The notes under the pieces are model-generated. The model searched no databases, was not told the origin of the DNA, and saw only the letters and a program-made list of their open reading frames with translations. Position numbers and translations under genes: made by a program. Positions 1 to 11,500 of a stretch of 64,000 nucleotides of DNA are shown in pieces. The stretch is from contig CATNEN010000024.1 in the NCBI GenBank assembly GCA_950097015.1, positions 1,364,001 to 1,428,000 on the forward strand, read 5' to 3'. How positions within the stretch are numbered: position 1 is the first letter of the stretch; every line of letters starts with the position of its first letter. The stretch is from Macrostomum hystrix. Lineage: Eukaryota > Animalia > Platyhelminthes.

Positions 1-436
1 TATTGTCACATGTGTGGACGGCGTATCAAATTTGTCTCTTTGTTTTTAATTTTACTGTCTTTTGCAGTATTTTTTGTTGAGATCGATGTCACTAGCATGT
101 ATGCAAGCCTCATTTAGAGTTTAACATTAACCGCAAGCTTCATGGTGAACATGACACACGGCCTAATATGAAAACATCTCTACTTAAATTAACATTGTCA
201 GTTTGAAAATTAGATTTCGAATAGACCGCTAATAGCTAACTCAACTGCACATACAAGAAGTACCTGTATATTTTATACCGGACTAGAATACTTCGGCTTA
301 AGGTTATTCATAATCAAAATATTAAGCATCGGCTAGACTTTCAACAAACAGCTCAATCAATAAATTTCAAAATTTGTCTAATGGATTTTAGCTAATTGTC
401 ATAACGATATGGTGCATGAGTTTACAGGCAAATGTT

Positions 437-3400
437 TTACGTACTTCTGTCTCTGCTGCCAATGGTACCTTCAGCTTCTGTGGATTGCATTGTTAGCTCT
501 GTGTCATCATATTCGTCCAATTTGTTGGCCCGATATATTGGCGCTGATACAACAGGAGTCGAAGTAACAATCTGTGCCGGATCCCCAGGGCGCTCTGAGT
601 CAAACGCCGTGTCATTGCGCTGGGGACCGCCCATCAGCTGCAGGATGTGATCGTCTAGGTCACGGATGCGACCGGAAACACACATAAGTTGAGACTGCGA
701 CTCCGACTGCGATGTCCCAGGTGTCCCAACTGCAGTTTCAAATATTTCATCTAGCTCCCGAACCCTCAAACCTAAAAGAGCGATTCGTCGTTCAATGTTA
801 AGCCTGAATTGCGCATCATTGGTAAAACATTTTTCTGCCTGCTTATTCATCCAGGATGTGCAGTATAAATGCAATCTCGACTGTTTCGCATTTAAGTTGC
901 TATTGTAACAGGCGATTCTAGCATTCAATATGTCCACTTTGGCCAGAAGGAGCTCCGCATCGGCTCTGCTTTCCTGAAGCTCTCTGGTGAAGTTTGCATT
1001 CGCTAGCTCCAGACTGTGCATCTCTGAACTGAGATTTCTTATTTGAAGATTCAGCGACTGAATTGTGTCATTCTGCTCTTTTATTCGTACAGTGGGTTCA
1101 TCTAGAATGCAGTGCTCATCCGCCTCAGGATTATTGACAACACGACTAGCCATCGCTGACTCAATATCGGCGTCCTTCTCTTTAAGATAGTCCAATGTGG
1201 TCAACAGCTCGCAGCGTAAATTTTCAAGCTGCGCCTCACCAGCCTCTCGCAAGGTTGTCTCGTGTGTTATCTGTTGCGCCACACCGCTGAGCTGCCGTGT
1301 CAGCTCATTTAGCTGACCAATTCGCGAATGAAGCTCCCTTGCCAGATCAATTGTTGATGGTTTTCCAGTTGCATGACGCTTTTCCAATTCTGCTAGTTTC
1401 AGTGACTCTTCTTTGGCTTTGTCACTCAAAGCGCAAATCTGATTGCGAAATGAGTCCAGCTGGATGCTTCTAGTTCTGAGCTCGGACTGCAACTCGCTCT
1501 GGCGCTTATCCATTTTATCGATCTGTTTTTTTATTATTTTTCTGATAGCCTCGACGTGCTTGCTATGCTGCTCCGCATCATTCTGCCTGGCCGCAGTCAA
1601 TATGGAGACCTGGTCATTAGCGGCATTCAGTCGAGTTTCTAGCTCTGCGAAACGTTGGTTATCAAGCTCTCTGGCTTCGTTCAGTTTAGAAATTTGTCCA
1701 GTTGCAGCATTAAGTTCAGTTTTTACACTCTCCAGTTGCTCGGTTCTCAACGTCTCAATCTGTTTAATAAAGTGATCCGCTTCAGAACATCTGGCCTGAG
1801 TGATGTCTAATATCTCGGCTCTAGCAGCATCACGCTCAGTTCTCATTGCATCAAGCTGTTTGTTAAACTGCTCCTTTTCGAAAATTCTGGCCTGAGTGAT
1901 GTTTGATATCTCAACTCTACCAGCATTGAGCTCAGCTCTCATTGTCTCAAGCTGTTTGTTGAGATGCTCCGTTTCAAACTGTTTGGTCTGAGCAATTTTT
2001 GAAATTTCGGTTTTTGCAGCGTCGAGCTCAGCTCTCGTGGTCTCTAGCATTCTATTTTGCTCAAGCTGCATCAGCTCAGTCACTTTGGAAACCTGCTCAT
2101 TAGCAGCAACAAGCTCCGCTGTCATGTTATCAATCTGTTTGGTAAAATTATCAGATTCAATCTGCCTGGCTTCAGCAATTTCACTTATCTTTGAGTATGC
2201 GGCGTCGAGCTCAGCTCTCATTGTCTCAAGCTGTTTGTTTAAATGCGTAGTCTCAGCCTGTCTCCGAGCCTGCTCATTGGCAGCTTTAAGCTCAGCGCTC
2301 AAAGCAATGAGCTGCTTTCTGTGCTGCTCAGCGTCAAGCTGCCTGGCCTCGGTTAGACTGCGCAGTTGCTCCTGCAGCTCGCCAGACCGGTTGTCTCTGT
2401 GAGCAATGCCCTGTTGCATGTCGGCCAACTCTTTGCCTAAAGCCGCCAGTTTCAATTCAAGCGCCTCTATTACACTGGAGTCGACCTTCCTGGCCTCCAA
2501 TAGGTTTTTAAGCTGCTCGCGCAACTCGCCGCTTTTGTCTTTTTCCAAGGAGAGCTTCTTCGCCAAGGAGCTTGCAGACTGCCGCTCTGTGTCCAGTTCA
2601 GCTTGCAGCCTGAGCATATCTTCCTCGCCACCCAGTCTCTGATTGAGCGAATCCAGTTCCCGCTTCTGCTCCTCAATCTGGCTATTCTGGTCCTCCAGCT
2701 GTCTGAGGGCTCGCGACAACCGCCGCCTCTCCTCGAACAACTCCTGCTGCAAGTCGGACACAAAAGCAAAGCTTGGCAGCGCAGAGTCTTTTGGCCCAGC
2801 TGCTGCTGCTGGTGCGGCGCCCACTAAGAACATCTTGCCGTACTTTTCTTCCGCTGCCTGCAGCTGCTGGTTGAGCTCGTGCGCCTCCTGGCTCATCTGG
2901 CCCAGCTCGGTTAGCAAATGCCTGATCCTGATGTGCTCGGCTTGCATCTCGGCTTGCAGCTCGGCTTGCAGCTCATCCGCAGCCGTATTCTGAGCTTTGT
3001 CCTCTTCGCTAGCCTTGGCAATCAGGCGGTTAAGAGCCTCTCTTTTGTTCTCCAGCTGACGCTGCAGTCTGAACAGGGCCAGCTTGTCGGGCTCAGCCAG
3101 ATCCAGCTGCTCTTCGCTGCTGGCCCAATTCGCAGTAAGCGATGAGCGGGTGCCGCCAGGACGAGAACAAACCGACTGGTCGCTCAGGGTGGTAAAGATC
3201 GTCGCCTCCGGCTCTGGGCTACTGGAAGGCTCCGTCTCGCTTGTGGGTGCAGTGCCCAGCCGATTTCTATTCAAGTCAGGATAGAATATTCCGCAGCCAG
3301 ATTCTTGTTGAAGACCCTGGTGACAAGGAGAACCAGTATTGCTCTGTGTAAATCTCAGTGGTGAATACATATTGGTTCAATAATCAAATAATTAACTATA

Positions 3401-3783
3401 TAATCAGCAAAAATAGCCTACAAGGTTGCATGTTTCTATATTGTTACTGGAGTAACAGCAGACAGTATCAACCGGCCATACAGTCCAATTTTGGTCAGAC
3501 GACATGGATGAGCCCTGTACCACTAGCACTAAGAAGTGAAGCTCAATTAAGGCAGTCTCTAAGACGATGATTTTTATGGTCAAGGTAATTTCATTTTACG
3601 CAATTGTTATGCCAAAATACTGTTTTTAAGGCTTACATTTTCAGGCGACAGTGGTGTCACCTCAAGCTCAGTATAAACCGTTTCAGAGCTACTGCTGCTT
3701 CTGCTGCTTCTAAAAATGCCAACGCCGCTGTTAGTCGGGTCCCGATCGGCAGAACGGTCCCGCACGTCGCGACTGCCTGACAT
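437..3783 (-). CDS. Long coiled-coil protein, 2 exons: complement(join(437..3343,3637..3783)), ~1017 aa, family unidentified
   Basis: The 977-aa ORF is E/Q/L/K/A-rich with heptad character. An upstream exon (ATG at 3783, MSGSRDVRDR...PLSPEN) ends at a GTAAG donor (3636) in phase 0. This matches the phase-0 acceptor TTTACACAG|AGC at 3343, so the ORF-track start at 3370 is probably intronic. Confidence 0.75.
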
Positions 3784-4506
3784 CGGGATTGTACTTTTAC
3801 TGGATGTTTTCGTCTTTGATCGTGTAAATCTTCTTAAAATTACAGATTTAAGAAAACGTCAGTTTTTTAGTTTGGAATCTAAACATGGTTCCGAACTGCT
3901 GTGATATTATGACATAATGTTTGCGAATTTTGTAAGCAATAATATTTCAACTGCTGACATAGACAGAAGCAATTTTAATGTGGGTTGCGGGCAGAGAAGA
4001 ATATATTCCTTCGGCGGTTGGAGGTTACTAAAAATAGAAAAAAATTGCTTCGAAGTTTCGTGACATAACCCACAGATAAATTATCCTCTGCTGCCAAAAA
4101 ACCACAACTGTAATTACCGAGCTGAGATATTCATCATGTACTTTTCTCTCTGAAGCAACGTATTTTCTTTTGACCTATTTGGCTAAGAAAGGCGCGAGAA
4201 TGTGTGCGAGCTCAGATGTCGGGCCTGGGCTGCTCCTGGCTCGAATTGGGCAGAGTTCGGTATTTGTCAGCGGCTCCGACAGCTTCGGCTTTGTCGCAAT
4301 AGATCGGCGTCAGGCGCATCTGCGTGTAGGGACAGTCCCAGCGGTGCCCGGAGCTCGGGTAGAGCGGCGCCAAGCGGGACATCATGAGCGCCGATTCCAC
4401 GAAGATCTGGCGCCCGGGTCTGTCAGTTTTACCTGTCGACGGCGGGGTTGGCTCGGGTTGCGCAGAGGATTCCATCGTCCATTCGGTGGCTACAGCTGAA
4501 GCAGCG

Positions 4507-6552
4507 TTAGTGCCATCGGGCCGCAATTCCAGGGAGCTGAGGCTGCAGTGAGAGATTGCACGGCCACTGATCTGTTTCAAGTCTAAAGCGTGACGACTCG
4601 ATTCTGTCAAAATAGTTGAGCAATCTACTGCAATTCCAGTCGTATCGAATCGAACTCACTTCGCCGCCGCGGACGCGCTAGATGAGAACAGCTCGTTTGC
4701 GCTGCAAACGCAGGAAACTTTGCTGTTGAACTTCAGTCCGTCGGCGGCCGCAGCGGCCCGCTGGGCCCGCAGACGCCTGTCGTGCAGCCGGCCGAGGCCA
4801 ACTCCGGCTGCCACGGAGGCGGCGATAAGCAGAAGCGAGACCGGCCCCGCCGCGATCCAGGCCCAGGACAGGCTGGTTGGCGAGCTCGGCGATGATGAGT
4901 AGCCGCAGGATGCCGGCACGCTAACTCCAGCTCCGGAATCGAGCAGCAGCTCGGTGTGGATCATCAGCTGGATTCCGCCGTCAATGGTGGTGTCGTATGT
5001 GGCTACATTGTCGTTTAGCATCAGCAGTGAAGTGTTGCAGACAGTCGTGTAGTTCGTCAGCGGCGCAACAGGCGGTGGGCACTGGCAGACCCTCTGGCGA
5101 GTTCGTTGAAGCCGTTGAATCCCGCAGGCTGTCGCGCTGTTGACAATCTGCGCCCAGGCTGCCCAGTAGGTCCAGGCGCACCAGAGTGGCGCGTCAGCCG
5201 ACGCCTTGTACTGAGCGTACAGGCTAGCGCAGATGACAGCGCTGTAGCTGACGTCAAAGAGAAATTCGTCGAAGTAAGGGAATAGTCTATAGACTGCAAA
5301 ATAATGGAATATTTTTAGCCCACGAGACGTCTATTAAAAACATGTTTTCGGAGAAAGTACTGATACTTCAGGTGTCCCATAATTCGCTGTGCAGCGGTGT
5401 TACGCAAATCGAAAAGAAAAACTTTTACTTCTGTGTTTAAGTCTGTATGGAGCATGCTACCTCCAGAGTGCTCTAATTAAAGATTTGAATTTCCTAACGA
5501 TTAGCGATCAACTTTACTCATAGAAGATCTTTCATTTCTTTAACAGTTGCACTACCAAGCCATTTTGCCGCCTGTTTTTATACCAAGGGGAGATTTTTAC
5601 CCCTTCACTGAAATTTTTTGGCAGCGCACGAATGCTAACAGCGTTGGGTGGTGACTGATTGATTGACGGACTAGGCGATGGTGTACTGTGGTTGAGCTGT
5701 GCCTAGTATTTAGGCTTGATCAGTGATATTGGAGAAATTCGCGTCAGGGTGTCCATAGGCCTAGTTCCGCCAGTTGTAGCCCTTGAAGGTCCATCACTTC
5801 GTCTTAATAAAGGTAGGTGACCACCGAAGACGGAGATGATGCAGGCACATTCGGGTGACATGCAAATAAAGTTTAAAGGGCTGGCAAGGCCGCAATGAGG
5901 CGCAGTGCTAATTCGTGTATAGGGGTGTATGAAACTTCATACACTAGCGCTTTTGGGAAAAATTCGACTTTCGGCAAGAACTATTGAATAATCTAGACAT
6001 TTGATAGATATCTATATCTGGTGACTGGTTTCTTGCTTCAGAAGATGCGCAACAAATAGTCGGCCCTTGTTCTTGAGTTTCGTGTGCTTGCGTTGCTCCG
6101 TTCAGGTGCAGCACAAAAACTTGTCAGGGGGGGGGTAAATTTCACCCATTGGTAGTTCTTCTGTTAACTGATGATAATTGACGAACGGCAGATTCACGAA
6201 GTAAAAAAGATTTAACGATTACCTTCGATTGACGTAAACTAACAACAGAGTTACACTTCTCACAATGCCCATCATGAGCTCCAACTCACTTTGTTGCCAT
6301 GTCACAGTAGAACGGCGGATCAAGCATCAGCGACTGGGAATTGTAGAGCGCCTCTTTGACATCGGCTTCGCTGGTTGCGTTGCAGGCGGCGTCAGTTGCT
6401 TCAATCGAGGCGCAGCAGGCTCTGAGCCGCACTGGTCGGCAGAGGATGACGCTTTTCTCGCACTGCCAGCGCAGCCAGTGGCACCATTGGCAAGCGGCTG
6501 GCACCAGCAGCAGCAGCAGCAGCAAGCTGTCATAGAAGACAGGATAAGTCAT
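4507..6552 (-). CDS. Predicted type-I membrane protein with signal peptide and TSP1-like repeats, 3 exons: complement(join(4507..4603,4660..5286,6290..6552)), ~328 aa
   Basis: Signal-like MTYPVFYDSLLLLLLLVPAAC. Two WxxWxxW...C...RxRxC motifs (WCHWLRWQC..C..VRLRAC and WCAWTYWAAW..CG..RTRQRVC). TM segment WAWIAAGPVSLLLIAASVAAGVGLG followed by basic residues. GTGAGT donors at 6289 and 4659 (both phase 2) fit AG acceptors before 5286 and 4603. The exon-2 frame is open from 5286, further 5' than the ORF track shows. Confidence 0.65.
5551..5999. mobile_element. Dispersed ~450-bp repeat, copy 1 (non-coding, class unknown)
   Basis: Aligns by eye, as reverse complement, to 51809..52228; e.g. gaccaccgaagacggagatgatgcaggcacattcgggtgacatgc is shared. 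Lies in intron 1 of the TSP1-like gene. Confidence 0.8.
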
Positions 6553-6651
6553 GGCTGCAGTCCGCAGTACAGGGAGAATATCAGGCCCTGAGAGTGGTGG
6601 ATTAGCCAATTCTTGTATCGGATTATCCACTCATCTCTGACATGGACTGGA

Positions 6652-6666
6652 GCGCATGCGCATTGG
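6652..6666. promoter_or_regulatory. NRF1-like palindrome (GCGCATGCGCA) plus CCAAT box upstream of the TSP1-like gene
   Basis: agcgcatgcgcattgg, ~100 bp upstream of the ATG at 6552. Motif match only. Confidence 0.3.
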
Positions 6667-7169
6667 TCCTGTTCCTAATCAATAATGCATGTCAGGCAGA
6701 CAAGCTGCGCGCATTCACAAGGCACGCAGATGACAATCAACACGCGATTGTGTTTGTTGCTATGGGCGCGTCGATAACACTAAACCTATATTGGACTTCT
6801 CAAGTGGTGTGACAGAAGTTATCTTTAAAGTTGAAATAATATTTTCTTGTTTCGAGAACGGCTCTAAAATTAGGTAAAGCTTTTAATTGCTCATTTATAA
6901 GCTTGAACAGAGTGTACTGTTGATAAAGTTATGTGGCGTCTATTTTTCAATTAATAAGCGGTGTTGTTTAGGGAATAAAATATCGAATGAAATTAGCACA
7001 GACAACAGAGCGGATTACTGAAAGACTGGATCAGCGAATAAAATAATAATAATATGATCATTTAGCACTCGCATAGATTAAATCACATGAGTCACGTGAT
7101 CATGCGATTGCAATTGAAAAATATTTGAAATAGCCAGTGGCACAGCCGCAGCTACAATCGAACTAAATT

Positions 7170-7240
7170 GTTTCCAGTGTGTGGAGATACGAACTACAGA
7201 CCTATGGTTTAGGAGTCCGAAGTTCTAACCACAGACAAAA
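7170..7240 (-). mobile_element. Degenerate tRNA-derived SINE head
   Basis: Minus strand reads gtggttagaacttcggactcc...gtagttcgtatc (A-box and B-box-like), similar to the copy at 12771. Confidence 0.45.
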
Positions 7241-7345
7241 ACCTACTTTATTACCTAATGGCGACAAAAAACACCATAACTTATTGAAAAAACGCAATTT
7301 TTGTTACTCTTACTTCCTCTTTATTCCTGCCTAAAAACTAGATTA

Positions 7346-8017
7346 ACTTTAAGTACTTTAACTATTTTAAGTAGTTTATCAGCTACTTTAAGTAGTTCAT
7401 CTGCTACTTAAAGAGCTCATCAGCTACTTTAAGTAGTTCATCTGCTACTTAAAGAGTTCATCAGCTACTTTAAATAGTTCATCTGCTACTCAAAGAGTTA
7501 ATCAGCTACTTTATGAGTTCATCTGCTACTTTAAGTAGTTCATCAGCTACTTTAAATAGTTCATCTGCTACTTAAATAGTTCATCTGGTACTTTAAGAGT
7601 TCATCAGCTACTTTAAGTAGTTCATCAGCTACTTAAAGAGTTCATCAGCTACTTTAAGTAGTTCATCAGCTACTTTAAATAGTTCATCTGCTACTTAAAG
7701 AGTTCATCAGCTACTTTATGAGTTCATCTGCTATTTTAAGTAGTTCATCAGCTACTTTAAATAGTTCATCAGCTACTTTATGAGTTCATCTGCTATTTTA
7801 AGTAGTTCATCAGCTACTTTAAGTAGTTCATCTGCTACTTTAAGTAGTTCATCTGCTACTTTAAGTAGTTCATCTGCTACTTTAAGTAGTTCATCTGCTA
7901 CTTTAAGTAGTTCATCTGCTACTTTAAGTAGTTCATCTGCTACTTTAAGTAGTTCATCAGCTACTTTAAGTTCATCAGCTACTTTAAGAGTTCATCAGCT
8001 ACTTTAAGTTCATCAGC
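7346..8017. repeat. 21-bp minisatellite (TTAAGTAGTTCATC[A/T]GCTACT)n, ~30 units, overlapping the FIG4 stop codon and 3' end
   Basis: Tandem units read directly; each carries an AGTAG/CTACT inverted stem. Confidence 0.97.
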
Positions 8018-8533
8018 GACAGGGAGGCATCGCGGCCAGCTCCGGTTGACAATATTCTAGATAGATTTTATTGTCCCTGGCGCTAACAGCCGGTCCGAAG
8101 GTGGCCACGTTGACGCAGTCGAAGCAGGTCTGCAGATCTCGCTGGCTCATGTCGGCCAGGTGGGTCTCACTGGAGTCGCCGTAGGTGTCGTAGAAAGCGA
8201 AAGCGCTTGGTCCCATTCGATAAGATTCAAAGTCGGCTAAACGAAAATCGGTCGCAAAGCTGGCGTAGGCAAAGTAGCGCTGACAGTCGTAGGGCGCCGG
8301 GTCGCGCGCCGGTGGCGGAGGCGGCGGCGGAGGCGGCTGCAGTGGCAAAGATGGCGGTTGAAAAGCAGAGCCAGGAGATTCTTCAACAATGGCGACAGGT
8401 CGATTGAAGCTCCACTGCAAGTAGGATGACGAAGATAATGAATTATTGCCACTAGCAGCCGTGGCTTCGTTGGCAACTTCAACAGCGTCTAGAGAATCCG
8501 TATCGGAATCCGATTGCTGAAGTTTCTGTTGTG

Positions 8534-8575
<42 letters not shown>

Positions 8576-11500
8576 TGACAAGAGCGGCAGCTACAGAGGT
8601 CGACGCGGAAGCCGAACTAAAAGGCGCGGCTCCGCCGGCTCCGGAAACAGCGGCAGCCGCAGCGGCAGCAGCGGCCGCAGCGAATTTATGCACGGAGCTG
8701 TACCGCTCAGCCTGGCCCTGATCGAAGCTCAACCGGCGCAGCGGTCGGCCAACAGCGGCAGCGGCTGCGGCGACCGTCAATGGCTTCGGCGCTGTCTCCG
8801 GCGGCGGCGGGAACAGGGTTAACAGCCAGGGCTGGTGCAGTCGGTTGAACGCTAGCTCGCGCTGGCATTGCAAAATTAGGCTTTCGCTGGCTTGAAACTG
8901 AGACATCGCCGTGGTCGGCTGCAGAGTCAGAGCCGACTGTCCGGCCGGATGAGGCAGCTGGGCCAGCAGCGGGTCAGGACACCAGGCTCGAGTGCTGCTG
9001 GGCAGGTCAGATGGCGGCATGGAGTGCAGGTGCGCCTCCGAGCTAAGCTCCCACAGGTGGAGGCCGCCGCCGTTCGATTTAGTTGGCGGCCGGAAGACGC
9101 CTAGGAATAGGCTGATTGCCTGGCGGAGATTGAGTTGATTCAGCTGTACGGACTTCGGTGTGAAAGTGGTGAGATTATTAACAATCGATTTAAAAGCCTC
9201 GAGCATACCCACCTGCTGCTTCTCAGCATCGGTGAATGTGTTGTTAATGTAACGCTGCAGCGTCTGGCCCAAATCTCGGCGTCTCTGGGAGCCCCAAACT
9301 GTGCGGGCAGATTTTCGATAGGTGTCCACATTGTGCACCAACTGGGAGCCGCCGTACTGAAGTGCCAGAGCGTCTCCGTGGTCCTCGTACCTTTGGAAGA
9401 TTTCAAACAGTGTCCGTCGCCAATGGCAACATTGTTCTAAACCTCACTATAAAACAGTACCCCGGTTGTCAATGACAACAGTTCACTAACCTCATTGTGG
9501 AACAGGTTGCCTATGACAACATTTTTCTAAACTTCAATCTGAAACTGTACCCTGGTTGTCAATGACAGCATTTCACTAAACCTCACTCTTAAACACTTTT
9601 AGAGTTTTTTTTCTACTTCTAAACCATGATTTAAAACATTGCATGCTAGCAATTATATTTTGAAGTGTTGGCTCACAGGTTGGTTATGATTGCATCAAGC
9701 TGGGTGTTGAACGGAGCCTCATTTGGCGCCGCGTCAACCAGTCCGAGCAGATCCAACTGGGTGGCCGCCGCCTGCAGACCTAGCACGTACTGGGCCGTGT
9801 TGGTCCTATCTAAACAGTCCACACAGTTGGTGCGAGTCGCGCCCAACTGCATCGATTGGTTGCGGCCGTTTAGCCTGGCGAATAGGCCGTTGGCCGCCAG
9901 CAGGCCGGCCGTTATCGGGGCGAATTCCAGCAGAACGGAGCGGCCAGCCTGCTTCTGGACGCGGGCCATGTCGAAATGATAATAGCGCAAGCGGCGACTG
10001 GATGGTACAAACTGGTTTAGATAGCGAATACTCTGCGTGAGCAGCTGGGTTAGCAGGACTTCGCGCTGCGAGCGGCGCTGCTTTTTCATCAGGTTAACAA
10101 CCTGGATTGGGCTGCCGTACCTGCGTGCGGAGTAGAGATCGGAATCCAGATGGACATTTTGACACTTTTTCTGAGATTTAGATTGGGATTTAAATTAAAC
10201 TTCCCGGTTCTGTAGAATACATGTCAATTCATAAACACATTTACGTGTCTGTAGATGAGCCATTCAACTCATACGGGTCTGTAGATGAGCAATTCAACTC
10301 ATACGGGTCTTTAGATGAGCCATTCAACTCATACGGGTCTGTTGATGAGCCATTCAACTCATACGGGTCTTTAGATGAGCCATTCAACTCATACGAGTCT
10401 GTTGATGAGCCATTCAACTCATACGGGTCTGTAGATGAGCCATTCAACTCATACGGGTCTGTTGATGAGCCATTCAACTCATACGGGTCTGTTGATGAGC
10501 CATTCAACTCATACGGGTCTTTAGATGAGCCATTCAACTCATACGGGTCTGTAGATGAGCAATTCAACTCATACGGGTCTGTTGATGAGCCATTCAACTC
10601 ATACGGGTCTGTAGATGAGCCATTCAACTCATACGGGTCTTTAGATGAGCCATTCAACTCATACGGGTCTGTAGATGAGCAATTCAACTCATACGGGTCT
10701 GTTGATGAGCCATTCAACTCATACGGGTCTGTAGATGAGCCATTCAACTCATACGGGTCTTTAGATGAGCCATTCAACTCATACGGGTCTGTAGATGAGC
10801 AATTCAACTCATACGGGTCTGTAGATGAGCCATTCAACTCATACGGGTCTGTTGATGAGCCATTCAACTCATACGGGTCTGTAGATGAGCCATTCAACTC
10901 ATACGGGTCTGTTGATGAGCCATTCAACTCATACGGGTCTGTTGATGAGCCATTCAACTCATACGGGTCTGCAGATGAGCCATTTAACTCATACGGGTCT
11001 GTTGATGAGCCATTCAACTCATACGGGTCTGTAGATGAGCCAAAGAACTTTAACGGGTTTTTTAATTAGTAATAGAACATATGAATATACGGGTCTTTAG
11101 ATGAGCAACAGAATATCTATACGGGTCTGTAGATGAGCCATAGGACATTAGCTATTGAACTTGAACCGGTCTTTAGATTAGCCATAAACTTTTGAACGGA
11201 TATTCGAACAACAAACTCACCTAGCCAACAGAGAGCTGAAGTGCTGACCGCTGAAGAGGCAGCAGGAGTCAGTGAAGTGCACGGTGACTGGCGGCGGTTT
11301 AGTAACCACGCCTTGCATATCCTGGCTCCAAACGGCTGGCACAGAGCCGCGCACCTGTACAAAGGCGGTGATTCTAGACAGGGCAAACGAACAACTAGTA
11401 GGATCGTGCAACACCTGCTCCGTTTCAACTTCGTTAGCAACATTGCCGCTATAGTCGCAGCCGCGCTTCAAATAGCGAGTGCCGGCGTAGCAGCGACTGC

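Noticed and set aside
432-3284. Multiple short plus-strand ORFs opposite the coiled-coil gene, and similar shadows opposite FIG4, RPLP1, HES, the YRs, PPOX and HDDC2
   Set aside because: Antisense shadows of GC-rich coding sequence with no independent support.
4170-4610. ORFs 4170..4499 (+) and 4212..4610 (-)
   Set aside because: The donor phase at 4659 selects a different frame ending at 4507. These ORFs have non-ATG starts and no recognisable domain.
7091-7100. GTCACGTGAT CLEAR/E-box-like motif
   Set aside because: A single short match downstream of FIG4 and ~540 bp from the next ATG; expected by chance.
7780-8007. 75-aa SSSSATL-repeat ORF
   Set aside because: A translation of the 21-bp minisatellite (unit divisible by 3), antisense to the FIG4 3' end.
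10221-11069. 282-aa and 258-aa decapeptide-repeat ORFs on opposite strands
   Set aside because: Products of a 30-bp array inside a FIG4 intron whose flanking splice phases match without it.
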